Source of the DNA: Blastocatellia bacterium | GTDB taxonomy: Bacteria; Acidobacteriota; Blastocatellia; UBA7656 | Reading direction: 5' to 3' | DNA: 64,000 nucleotides | NCBI GenBank assembly: GCA_035248905.1 | Contig: DATFGX010000016.1 | Location: forward strand, 91,022-155,021 | Shown here: one piece after another, positions 1-8,704 of the stretch | Layout of the letters: every line of letters starts with the position of its first letter | Numbering within the stretch: position 1 is the stretch's first letter | The notes under the pieces: generated by a model | The model's database searches: none | Seen by the model: only the letters and a program-made list of their open reading frames with translations | Told to the model about the DNA's origin: nothing | Made by a program: the position numbers and the translations under genes

Positions 1-2
1 GC

Positions 3-536
3 TTGAGTCCGTTCAACGCCGGTTCGAGCCGCGAGACGAGCTTCGCTTCTGTCTTCGTCTACCCGGACGTTGAAGAGGATGTTGAGATCGAAGTGCAGGA
101 CAAAGACCTGCGCGTTGACACCTATCGTTCGTCGGGCGCGGGCGGTCAGCACGTCAACGTCACGGACTCGGCTGTGCGCATCACGCACCTGCCGACGGGG
201 ATCGTCGTCACCTGCCAGAATCAACGCTCGCAGCACCAGAACCGCGAAGTCGCCATGCGCATCTTGAAGTCACGGCTCTACGAGCTGGAGATGGAGAAGC
301 GCCGCGCCGAGACCGCGCAGCTCGAAGAGTCGAAGCGCGACATCTCGTTCGGCTCGCAGATTCGCAACTACGTGCTGCACCCGTACAGGCTGGCCAAGGA
401 CGTGCGCACGAAGTACGAGACTTCCGACGTTGACGGCGTGCTCGACGGCGACCTCGACGAATTCATCAAACAGTATCTTGTGCTCAAGAGCCGCGCGGCG
501 CGCGGCGAAGGCGCGCCCGACACAGCGGGCGCGTGA
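3..536 (+). CDS. prfB: peptide chain release factor 2, C-terminal portion (5' end lies outside the window)
   Basis: RF2-specific SPF tripeptide (MSPFNAG) and universal GGQ motif (GAGGQHVN); conserved class-I release factor C-terminal domain; ORF open at window start. Confidence 0.9.
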   Translation: MSPFNAGSSRETSFASVFVYPDVEEDVEIEVQDKDLRVDTYRSSGAGGQHVNVTDSAVRITHLPTGIVVTCQNQRSQHQNREVAMRILKSRLYELEMEKRRAETAQLEESKRDISFGSQIRNYVLHPYRLAKDVRTKYETSDVDGVLDGDLDEFIKQYLVLKSRAARGEGAPDTAGA

Positions 537-569
537 AGTTTTGCGTGAGAAGTTTAAGGAGTGGAAGCG

Positions 570-3362
570 ATGTTTATTAACCCGAATAAGATTCGATCAT
601 TGATTGTGTCAGTGCTGCTGGCCATCAGTCTCGCGGGCGCAAGCCCTGCGGCACGGCTAGCGGCGCAGACCGGGCAGGCCGCGGCCTTGCCCAGGGGCGT
701 GGTTCGCCTCACGTCCGTCGAAGGCATCACCGAATACCGGCTCGACAACGGCCTGCGCGTGCTACTCTTCCCCGACCAGTCGAAGCAGACGATCACCGTC
801 AACATCACCTATCTGGTTGGCTCGAAGTACGAGAGCTACGGCGAAACCGGCATGGCGCATTTGCTTGAGCACATGCTGTTCAAAGGCTCGCCCAAGCACA
901 CAGACATTCCCGCCGAGTTGTCGTCGCACGGCGCGCGCCCGGTCAACGGCACGACCTGGTTCGACCGCACCAACTATTACGAAGTCTTCTCGGCTACCGA
1001 CGAGAATTTGAAGTGGGCGCTCGATCTGGAAAGCGACCGCATGGTCAATTCCTTCGTCGCCAAGAAAGACCTCGACAGCGAGATGACCGTGGTGCGCAAC
1101 GAGTACGAGATGGGCGAGAACGATCCGGGCGGCGTGTTGAGCGACCGCATCTTCGAGACCGCTTACGTCTGGCACAACTACGGCAAGTCAACCATCGGCG
1201 CGCGCTCGGACATCGAGAACGTGCCCATCGAGCGCTTGCAGGCGTTTTATAAGAGATATTACCAACCGGATAACGCCGTGCTGCTGGTCGCCGGCAAGAT
1301 TGATGAAGCGAAAACGCTTGGGCTGATCAATCAATACTTCGCCGCCATTCCGCGACCGTCGCGCGTGCTGCCGCAGATTTATACCGTCGAGCCGACGCAG
1401 GACGGCGAGCGCGCCGTCACCGTGCGCCGCGTCGGCGACGTGCAATTGGTGATGGCCGGCTATCACGTCCCCGCAGGCTCGCACGCAGACGCGCCGGCGG
1501 TCAGCGTGCTGACGCAGATCCTCGCCGACACGCCGTCGGGCCGACTGCACAAAGCGCTGGTCGAAACCAAGAAGGCGAGCGGCATCAGCAGCTTTCCTGT
1601 GCTGTTCGGCGAGCCGAGCCTGGTGATCTTTGGCGCTGAAGTGCGGCAAGAAGCATCGCTCGATGAAGCGCGCAACACACTGCTTGCGACCATCGAAGAG
1701 ATCACCAAGGCGCCGCCGACCAAAGAAGAGGTCGAGCGCGCGCGCACTCAACTCCTCAAGCAGATCGACCTGAACATGAATTCGTCCGAGAGCGTCGGCG
1801 TCGAGCTGAGCGAGTGGATCGGCATGGGCGACTGGCGGCTGCTGTTCCTGAACCGCGACCGCCTGCGCAAGTTGACGCCGGAAGACGTGCAGCGCGTCGC
1901 CGCCGCTTACTTGAAGCCGTCGAACCGCACGCTCGGTCAGTTTATCCCGACGGCCAAACCCGACCGCGCAGAGATTCCGCCGACGCCCGACGTTGCCGCG
2001 CTGGTGAAAGATTACAAAGGCGATGCGGTGGTCGCCGCAGGCGAAGCCTTTGACCCATCGCCCGCAAACATCGAAGCGCGCACCACGCGACCGACCGCTG
2101 CCGGCGTCAAGTTGGCGCTGCTGCCGAAGAAGACGCGCGGCAACACGGTGGTCGCGACCATGACACTGCGCTTCGGCGACGAGCAGAGCTTGATGAACCG
2201 CGACACGGCGGGCCAGCTCGCCGGCGAGATGCTGATGCGCGGCACGACGAAGCATACGCGCCAGCAGCTCAAAGATGAGTTCGACCGCTTGAAGGCGCGC
2301 GTCGGCGTCAATGGCGGCCCGACTTCGGCAATCGTCAGCATCGAAACGACGCGCGAGAATCTGCCGGCGGTGCTGCGGCTGGTGGCCGAAGTGCTGCGTC
2401 AGCCGTCGTTCCCCGCCAGCGAATTCGATCAACTCAAAGAAGAGGTGCTCGCCAGCATCGAACAGCAGCGCAGCGACCCTACGTCGACGGCGCTGACCGA
2501 GTTCCGCCGCCACCTGTCGCCTTACCCGAAAGGTCATCCGAATTACACTTCGACGCCCGACGAAGATGTTGCAGAGGTCAAGGCGGTCACGCTCGGCGAC
2601 GTGAAGAAGTTCTACGCCGACTTCTACGGCGCGTCGAATGGCGAGATGGCGGTGATCGGTGATTTCGATGACAAAGAGGTCGCGCGGCTGACGGGCGAGT
2701 TGTTCGGCGATTGGAAGAGTCCGCGCCCGTACGCGCGCGTCGCCAGCAAGTACTGGGACGTTGCGCCGCTCAACAAATCGCTTGAGACGCCCGACAAGCC
2801 GAACGCCTTTTTCCTGGCCGGCGAGAACCTCGCCCTGCGCGACGACGACCCGGATTACCCGGCGCTGGTGCTGGGCAATTACATGCTCGGCGGCGGCTTC
2901 CTGAATTCGCGGCTGGGGACGCGCATCCGGCAGAAGGAAGGCATCAGCTACGGCGTCGGCTCGCAGTTGCAGGCGAGCGCGATTGACAAGAGCGGCAGCT
3001 TCCTTGCCTATGCCATCTACGCGCCGCAGAACGTCGAGCGCTTGGAGGCGGCGTTCAAAGAAGAGATCGCCCGCGCCCTGAAAGACGGCTTCACCGACGA
3101 CGAAGTGCAAGCGGCGAAGTCGGGCTGGCTCCAGGCGCGGCAGGTCTCGCGCGCGCAGGACGCCGAGCTGGCAGGCCGCCTGTCGGGCTACCTCTACTTG
3201 AATCGCACGCTGGCCTGGGACGCCGAGTTCGAGAAGAAAGTTCTGGCGCTGACGCCCGCCGAGGTCGTCGCCGCCCTGCGCCGTCACCTCGACCCGGCGA
3301 AGATCACCATCGTCAAGGCCGGCGACTTCGCCAAAGCGAAAGCCGCCGCGACGAACAAGTAG
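570..3362 (+). CDS. secreted M16-family zinc metalloprotease with two tandem M16 units (PqqL/insulinase-like)
   Basis: Inverted zinc-binding motif HxxEH (HLLEHMLFKG); N-terminal signal peptide; about 930 aa consistent with tandem M16 halves; AAGGAG SD at 556-561 supports ATG 570 rather than the GTG at 561. Confidence 0.85.
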   Translation: MFINPNKIRSLIVSVLLAISLAGASPAARLAAQTGQAAALPRGVVRLTSVEGITEYRLDNGLRVLLFPDQSKQTITVNITYLVGSKYESYGETGMAHLLEHMLFKGSPKHTDIPAELSSHGARPVNGTTWFDRTNYYEVFSATDENLKWALDLESDRMVNSFVAKKDLDSEMTVVRNEYEMGENDPGGVLSDRIFETAYVWHNYGKSTIGARSDIENVPIERLQAFYKRYYQPDNAVLLVAGKIDEAKTLGLINQYFAAIPRPSRVLPQIYTVEPTQDGERAVTVRRVGDVQLVMAGYHVPAGSHADAPAVSVLTQILADTPSGRLHKALVETKKASGISSFPVLFGEPSLVIFGAEVRQEASLDEARNTLLATIEEITKAPPTKEEVERARTQLLKQIDLNMNSSESVGVELSEWIGMGDWRLLFLNRDRLRKLTPEDVQRVAAAYLKPSNRTLGQFIPTAKPDRAEIPPTPDVAALVKDYKGDAVVAAGEAFDPSPANIEARTTRPTAAGVKLALLPKKTRGNTVVATMTLRFGDEQSLMNRDTAGQLAGEMLMRGTTKHTRQQLKDEFDRLKARVGVNGGPTSAIVSIETTRENLPAVLRLVAEVLRQPSFPASEFDQLKEEVLASIEQQRSDPTSTALTEFRRHLSPYPKGHPNYTSTPDEDVAEVKAVTLGDVKKFYADFYGASNGEMAVIGDFDDKEVARLTGELFGDWKSPRPYARVASKYWDVAPLNKSLETPDKPNAFFLAGENLALRDDDPDYPALVLGNYMLGGGFLNSRLGTRIRQKEGISYGVGSQLQASAIDKSGSFLAYAIYAPQNVERLEAAFKEEIARALKDGFTDDEVQAAKSGWLQARQVSRAQDAELAGRLSGYLYLNRTLAWDAEFEKKVLALTPAEVVAALRRHLDPAKITIVKAGDFAKAKAAATNK

Positions 3363-3455
3363 TGGCCAGTGGCCAGTGGCCAGTGGTCAGTGATCGGTTG
3401 TGAGCAACAGGCTCTGACTGGCCACTGACCACTGGCCACTGGCCACTGTTTTTTG
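3363..3455 (+). terminator. long palindromic hairpin built from GTGGCCA tandem heptamers, followed by a T6 run; likely rho-independent terminator
   Basis: Left arm GTGGCCAGTGGCCAGTGGCCAGTGGTCAGTGATCGG pairs with right arm ...CACTGACCACTGGCCACTGGCCAC, then TTTTTTG; lies immediately after the M16 stop codon. Confidence 0.7.
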
Positions 3456-3497
3456 CTGGCGATTTTCTGAGATTCTGGTAAGGTTTTAGCATCTGCG

Positions 3498-6164
3498 ATG
3501 GCAAAGAAGGTTCGGACAAAGCATGCTGGCAAGAAATCTCATGTCAGCGAAGTGTTGGCCGTCCTGCTGGTGGCCACCGCCGTGCTCTTGTTCTTGAGCC
3601 TCATCACCTTCAACCCCGCGGATGCCAGCTTTAATTCGGTCGCGTCAGTGCAGCCGCCGCGCAACCTGATCGGCGTCGTCGGCGCAAGCATCGGCGAGCT
3701 GTTCTTGAACCTGTTCGGGCTGGCGGCGCTGGCCATCCCTTTCCTGCTCGTGTTGATCGCCGTGGCGACGCGCGCTTTCTTTTCTGACGAGGCAGAATTC
3801 CCGGTTCGTAAATCTTTCGGCGCCTGCTTATTGCTGATCGCTTTGTCAGGCGTCCTGGCATTGTTTCCGAAAGTCGGCTTCGTCATCCTGGCGCACTCGC
3901 GCACCAATGGCGGCGCGGTCGGCTATGTTCTCGAAAGCTCGCTGGCGAGCGCCCTCAACACCGCCGGCGCAGCCATCGTGCTGACGGTCGCCGCCGTGCT
4001 GACGCTGATGCTGACGATGAACATCTCGCTGGCGAATCTCGGCACGGCCATGGTCTTTGTAGGCAAAGCGACGAACAAACTACTCGCGCGTTTCCAGACG
4101 TGGCGGGCGACGCGCGCCGAGCAGCGGCGCGAGATGGCCAAACAGCGCGCCGTCGAATTAGCCGAAGCCCGCCGCCGCGACGACGAATTACGTAAACAGC
4201 GCGAGCAGGAAGAGAAAGTCCGGCGCGACGATCTGCGCCGTCAGCAAGAAGAAGAGCGCCGCCGCCGCGCCGAAGAGGCCAAGCGCTTGAAGGAAGAATC
4301 GCCCGTCGTCGTCAAGTCGTCGCGCGCTGCCAGCCCCGAGCCGGTTCTGTCGCAGGCTGCGGTCGCGGCAACGGGCGCGCCGGCGCTCGGCGCTGCGGTG
4401 GTCGAACCCGACCTCGACGAGCTTGAGGCAGACGACGAAGACGCCAGCCCCGCGCCCTTGATGTCGCCGCGCCGTCAGTGGGCCGCCGAAGCCGTGCGCT
4501 CGCGCAACGCGGCGCGACAGGTGCAGACGCGCGGCGTGCGCAACATCGAAGACGAAGAGGTAATGGACCCGGAAGTCGCCGAGATGATCGCGACGGCTTC
4601 CATCGTGCGCACCGCGCCGACCGAGAAAGCCGACAAGCGCGAGCTGGCTTCCAAGCGCAAGACCACGGTCGAGACGTCGACCGGCGCGACCTACAAGATG
4701 CCGTCGCTCGAACTGCTTGAGATTCCCATCGGCCACGCCGAAGAGGCCGAAGAAGAGTTGAAGAAGCGCGCGACGATTCTCGCCGAAAAATGCAAAGAGT
4801 TCGCCGTCGTCGGCCACATCCATAAGATCAACCCCGGCCCGGTCGTCACCACCTTCGAGTTCAAGCCCGACCCCGGCATCAAATACAGCCGCGTCGTCGG
4901 ACTCGCAGATGATCTGTGTCTCGCCTTGCAGGCCGAATCGATCCGCATTGACCGCATCCCCGGCAAATCAACCGTCGGCATCGAAGTCCCGAACCACGCG
5001 CGCGAAAAGATCTGCATCCGCGAGATCATCGAGTCGGCGAAGTTTCAGAACTCGCCCTCGAAGCTGACCATCGCGCTCGGCAAGACGATCAACGGCGAAG
5101 AGTACATCGCCGACCTGACGAAGATGCCGCACCTTTTGATCGCCGGCGCGACGGGGGCGGGCAAATCCGTCACCCTCAACTCGATCATCTGCTCTGTGCT
5201 CTACAAGGCGTCGCCCGAAGCAGTGAAGTTCATCATGGTCGACCCGAAGCGCGTCGAGCTTGGGTTGTACGAAGGCATCCCGCATCTGCTGACGCCGATC
5301 GTCACCGACCCCAAGCGCGCGGCGAACGCGCTGAAGTGGGCCGTCAACGAGATGGAGAACCGCTACCGGCAACTGGCGGAACTCGGCGTGCGCAACATCG
5401 ATCAGTACAATCATCAGATTCAGCAGATGACCGTGCCGACGGTGGCCGCCGACAACCCGGAAGCGCGCAAGCCGCTGCCTTACATCGTCGTGGCGATTGA
5501 CGAGCTTGCGGACTTGATGATGGTGGCGCGCGGCGATGTCGAGACCAGCATCGCCCGCCTGGCGCAGATGGCGCGCGCCGTCGGCATTCACCTGGTCGTT
5601 GCGACGCAGCGCCCGTCGGTTGATGTCATCACAGGCATCATCAAGGCGAACATCCCTTCGCGCATCGCCTTCCGCGTCTCGTCGAAGGTGGACTCGCGGA
5701 CGATCATCGATTCCAACGGCGCCGAAGCCTTGCTCGGCCAGGGCGACATGCTCTTTCTGCCGCCGGGCACGGCGCGGCTCATCCGCGTGCACGGCTCGTT
5801 CGTCAACGAGGTCGAAGTCAAACAGATCGCCGACCACACGCGCCAGCAGGCCGAGCCGGATTACAACGAAGCGGTGACCTTGAGCGATCAGGACACGGGC
5901 GGCACGGACGAGGCCGAAGGGCCGGAAGACGAGATGTTTGGGCAGGCGCTGGAAATCGTCACAGACATGGGGCGCGCTTCGACTTCGGTGTTGCAGCGGC
6001 GGCTGTCAATCGGCTACGGGCGGGCGGCGAAGATTCTAGATATGATGGAGCGGCGCGGCTTCATCGGCCCGTCCGAAGGCGCGTCGAAACCGCGCAAGGT
6101 GCTGCAAGCGGCTTATGACTTCCGCGAGCGCCTCGGCCAGATTCTCGAAGAAGAGGTGGATTAA
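3498..6164 (+). CDS. ftsK: DNA translocase FtsK/SpoIIIE
   Basis: N-terminal transmembrane segments, charged linker, Walker A GATGAGKSV, Walker B IVVAIDELADLM, C-terminal gamma winged-helix domain (VLQRRLSIGYGRAAKILDMME). Confidence 0.92.
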   Translation: MAKKVRTKHAGKKSHVSEVLAVLLVATAVLLFLSLITFNPADASFNSVASVQPPRNLIGVVGASIGELFLNLFGLAALAIPFLLVLIAVATRAFFSDEAEFPVRKSFGACLLLIALSGVLALFPKVGFVILAHSRTNGGAVGYVLESSLASALNTAGAAIVLTVAAVLTLMLTMNISLANLGTAMVFVGKATNKLLARFQTWRATRAEQRREMAKQRAVELAEARRRDDELRKQREQEEKVRRDDLRRQQEEERRRRAEEAKRLKEESPVVVKSSRAASPEPVLSQAAVAATGAPALGAAVVEPDLDELEADDEDASPAPLMSPRRQWAAEAVRSRNAARQVQTRGVRNIEDEEVMDPEVAEMIATASIVRTAPTEKADKRELASKRKTTVETSTGATYKMPSLELLEIPIGHAEEAEEELKKRATILAEKCKEFAVVGHIHKINPGPVVTTFEFKPDPGIKYSRVVGLADDLCLALQAESIRIDRIPGKSTVGIEVPNHAREKICIREIIESAKFQNSPSKLTIALGKTINGEEYIADLTKMPHLLIAGATGAGKSVTLNSIICSVLYKASPEAVKFIMVDPKRVELGLYEGIPHLLTPIVTDPKRAANALKWAVNEMENRYRQLAELGVRNIDQYNHQIQQMTVPTVAADNPEARKPLPYIVVAIDELADLMMVARGDVETSIARLAQMARAVGIHLVVATQRPSVDVITGIIKANIPSRIAFRVSSKVDSRTIIDSNGAEALLGQGDMLFLPPGTARLIRVHGSFVNEVEVKQIADHTRQQAEPDYNEAVTLSDQDTGGTDEAEGPEDEMFGQALEIVTDMGRASTSVLQRRLSIGYGRAAKILDMMERRGFIGPSEGASKPRKVLQAAYDFRERLGQILEEEVD

Positions 6165-6263
6165 ACGGCGTGCCAAGCTGGCCGGTTTGCGGCGTTTTTT
6201 TGACGAATCCGGAAAAGTTTTGCACAGGTTTGCAGCAGAAATTGACGCGTCCCGAAAAAAGTC

Positions 6264-6291
6264 TTGAAAAATCCGCGGATTTTGCGATACT
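6264..6291 (+). promoter_or_regulatory. sigma70-like promoter (TTGAAA, 16-bp spacer, GATACT); the spacer carries a perfect 16-bp palindrome AAAATCCGCGGATTTT at 6268-6283, a candidate operator
   Basis: Read directly from the sequence; lies in an AT-rich intergenic region downstream of ftsK. Confidence 0.4.
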
Positions 6292-6405
6292 CAGGCTCTA
6301 ATTGCAGAAATAATTAAGCTTTGGCTGTTAACAGAATTTGAACAAAATCTGTGCAATGTGCTAAAAGTCCGTAAAATTCAAAAATTTGCGAGTCAACGAA
6401 GGGGG

Positions 6406-6441
6406 TTTTCCACAGACTTTTCCACAGAAACTTGTGGATAA
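6406..6441. promoter_or_regulatory. cluster of three DnaA-box-like 9-mers: TTTTCCACA at 6406-6414, TTTTCCACA at 6418-6426, and TTATCCACA on the minus strand at 6433-6441
   Basis: Two direct one-mismatch boxes plus one perfect consensus box within 36 bp, next to an AT-rich stretch (6300-6395). Confidence 0.45.
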
Positions 6442-6550
6442 CTTCCCCAGGAGAACGAACCAAGGGAAAAAAGGGTCAGAGCGCCTGGTCAGCGGGTTTC
6501 TCCCAGCGCTGTGCGGGCCAGCTCTCGAAATCAACAGGAGCATAAGGGCG

Positions 6551-7210
6551 ATGATTAAATTCACGGCAAATTACGATGATCTGTCGACAGATCGCGGCTT
6601 CCAGTTCAAGTTTCACTGTGACAAATGCGGCAACGGCTATATGTCGCGCTTTCAGCCGTCGCTGACCGGGACGGCGGGCGGACTGCTGCGCGCTGCCGGA
6701 GATATGTTCGGCGGCGTCTTTTCGAGCGCCGGCAACAGCGCTTACGAGATTCAACGCGCCACCGGCGGCAAGGCGCACGACGCGGCGCTCGAAAAAGCGG
6801 TCGAAGAAGCCAAGGGCTATTTCAAACAATGCACGCGCTGCGGCAAGTGGGTCTGCCCGGAGGTCTGCTGGAACGCCAAGGCCGGGCTGTGCGAAGAATG
6901 CGCCCCCGACTTTGAAGAGCATTTCGCCGCCAACCGCGCGCAGGCGATGAGCGACGCGGCGCGCGACCAGCTTTATCAAAAAGCGCAGCAGACCGACTAC
7001 GCTTCGGGCGTTGACATGCGCGCCGGCGCGAGCACGCCGCAGGCGTCGCTCTCCTGCCCGTCGTGTGGCGCGAAGACCACCGGCAGCAAGTTCTGCCCGG
7101 AATGCGGCAGCCCGATCAAGGTGAAGCTGACCTGTCCGGGCTGCGGCCACCAGCCGGAAGGCGCTCCGAAATTTTGCCCCGAGTGCGGCGTGAAAATGCC
7201 TTTGCTTTAG
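6551..7210 (+). CDS. hypothetical protein with multiple zinc-ribbon (CxxC) modules
   Basis: GGAG 8 nt upstream of ATG 6551; at least five CxxC pairs (CDKCG, CTRCG, CPSCG, CPECG, CPGCG/CPECG) typical of tandem zinc ribbons; the ORF track's upstream extension looks non-coding. Confidence 0.6.
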   Translation: MIKFTANYDDLSTDRGFQFKFHCDKCGNGYMSRFQPSLTGTAGGLLRAAGDMFGGVFSSAGNSAYEIQRATGGKAHDAALEKAVEEAKGYFKQCTRCGKWVCPEVCWNAKAGLCEECAPDFEEHFAANRAQAMSDAARDQLYQKAQQTDYASGVDMRAGASTPQASLSCPSCGAKTTGSKFCPECGSPIKVKLTCPGCGHQPEGAPKFCPECGVKMPLL

Positions 7211-7296
7211 GTGATAGGTGTTGGGTGATAGGTGTCGGCTGAAAGGACACCGCCAGCGACATTCCCCCAACACCCAACACCTAATACCCAACACCT
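7211..7296. repeat. imperfect palindrome built from TAGGTGTTGGGT units; its right arm contains the start codon of the next gene
   Basis: GTGATAGGTGTTGGGTGATAGGTGT ... ACACCCAACACCTAATACCCAACACCTATG; spans the stop of the zinc-ribbon gene and the ATG of the MqnA-like gene. Confidence 0.6.
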
Positions 7297-8109
7297 ATGA
7301 TTAAGCCATTCATCGCGGCGTCGAGTTACTTGAATGCCGCGCCGCTCTGGTACAGCTTCCTCTACGGCGAGCAGAAGAGTCGCTGCACGCTGGTGTCGGA
7401 CGTGGCGCCGGTGCGCTGCGCGCAACTGCTGGCCGAACGTCGCGCCGAGGCGGCGCTGATCCCGGTCATCGAGTATCAGCGCCAGACGGATCTGCTGATC
7501 GCGCCCGGCGCGTGCGTCGCTTCAAAGAGTCAGGTCTACAGCGTCGTGCTGGCGTCGCGTGTGCCGCTTGCGGACGTGCGCTCGGTGGCGCTCGACACGA
7601 CTTCGCGCACGTCCGCGGCGCTCGTCGAGATCATCTTCAGCCGCTTCTACAAACTTGCGCCGGAGTACCGCACCGCCGCGCCGCGCATTCAAGAGATGCT
7701 CGAAACTTCGGACGCCGCGCTCATCATCGGCGACCCGGCGATGATGATTGAGCGGCGCGGCCTGCACGTTTATGACCTCGCCGAAGAGTGGCGCAAGCAC
7801 ACGGGCTTGCCGTTCGTCTTCGCCTTCTGGGCGCTGCGCCGTGAGGCCGCCGAAATGTTTGCGCCGGGCGTGGAGCGCCGCGTTGACTTCCGCGCCGCGC
7901 GAGTCGAAGGTGTCGCGCACGCCGAAGAGCTGGCGGCGATCTACTCTGACCAGCTCGGCCTGCCCAATAATGATCTAGTGAGTTACCTCACAAAAAACAT
8001 TCACTACGATCTGGATGATGAAAGCCTGAAGGGATTGACGCTCTACTACGAGTTGGCGCATGAATGTGGCCTGATCCCCGAAGCGCGCCCGCCGGTCTTC
8101 TGCGAGTGA
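7297..8109 (+). CDS. MqnA/MqnD-family menaquinone (futalosine pathway) biosynthesis protein, chorismate dehydratase-like
   Basis: About 270 aa; N-terminal SYLNAAPL motif and periplasmic-binding-protein-like pattern characteristic of the MqnA/MqnD (VitK2_biosynth) family. Confidence 0.55.
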   Translation: MIKPFIAASSYLNAAPLWYSFLYGEQKSRCTLVSDVAPVRCAQLLAERRAEAALIPVIEYQRQTDLLIAPGACVASKSQVYSVVLASRVPLADVRSVALDTTSRTSAALVEIIFSRFYKLAPEYRTAAPRIQEMLETSDAALIIGDPAMMIERRGLHVYDLAEEWRKHTGLPFVFAFWALRREAAEMFAPGVERRVDFRAARVEGVAHAEELAAIYSDQLGLPNNDLVSYLTKNIHYDLDDESLKGLTLYYELAHECGLIPEARPPVFCE

Positions 8110-8119
8110 GCAGAAGATC

Positions 8120-8181
8120 GCCACAAAGGCACGAAGACACAAAGAATCACTAAGTTCTTTGTGTCTTCGTGCCTTTGTGGC
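8120..8181. terminator. perfect 26/27-bp stem hairpin; bidirectional terminator between convergent genes
   Basis: GCCACAAAGGCACGAAGACACAAAGAA / loop / TCTTTGTGTCTTCGTGCCTTTGTGGC. Confidence 0.7.
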
Positions 8182-8202
8182 AAACACTCATCTCGCCGAC
8201 AG

Positions 8203-8692
8203 CCTGACTAAAAAACCACCTGGACGCGGCTGAGGACGACAAAGTAGTTGCGGTCGCCGGGATTCGGCGTGCGCAGCGGGTCCTTGAAGCGCTCGACGCC
8301 GAGATCGAGCAGGTACTTCACATAGCGGTTCAGATACCAGTTCGGCCCGAAGTAAAACGTCTGCGCGCGATTCGACTTCGCGGTGCCGGGCGCGCGCCGC
8401 CGAGTTCGTCAACCCGCCTCTGCATCTCGGCCAGCGTCCGCTGCTGCTGCTCGACGAGCAATCGCAGTTGCTCGATTTCCGACCGCAGCGCTTTGACCTC
8501 GCCGGCCTCGCTTTCGGCTCTGGTGGCCGGTTTCACGTCCGGCTTTTGGTCGCCGCCCGCCGACTGCGCGTGCGCCGGCGCGAGCCCGATTAGCAAAATG
8601 ATCAGGCCGCCGAGGAAACGAAACTGGGACAGGGGTTGTTGTAACTTCATGTCTGTTCCTTCCTTGACGCTAATTGTTTCGGCTCGCCTCAA
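8203..8692 (-). pseudogene. small secreted coiled-coil protein that appears frameshifted; the C-terminal beta-strand-rich segment continues in another frame
   Basis: Frame A (8692-8330) encodes a signal peptide and a coiled coil ending ...VDELGGARPAP; frame B (about 8400-8203) encodes protein-like NRAQTFYFGPNWYLNRYVKYLLDLGVERFKDPLRTPNPGDRNYFVVLSRVQVVF ending in Phe; the frames switch near the GC run cgcgcgcccgg at about 8385-8400. Confidence 0.35.
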
Positions 8693-8704
8693 CCGTATGA
8701 ACTT

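Noticed and set aside
1188-3287. 699-aa minus-strand ORF antisense to the M16 protease gene
   Set aside because: Arg/Ala/Gly-rich low-complexity translation typical of antisense frames in high-GC DNA; the opposite-strand M16 gene has clear catalytic motifs.
4968-5837. 289-aa minus-strand ORF and several 60-210-aa ORFs overlapping ftsK
   Set aside because: Antisense to a well-supported ftsK reading frame; composition is R/A/D/G-rich noise.
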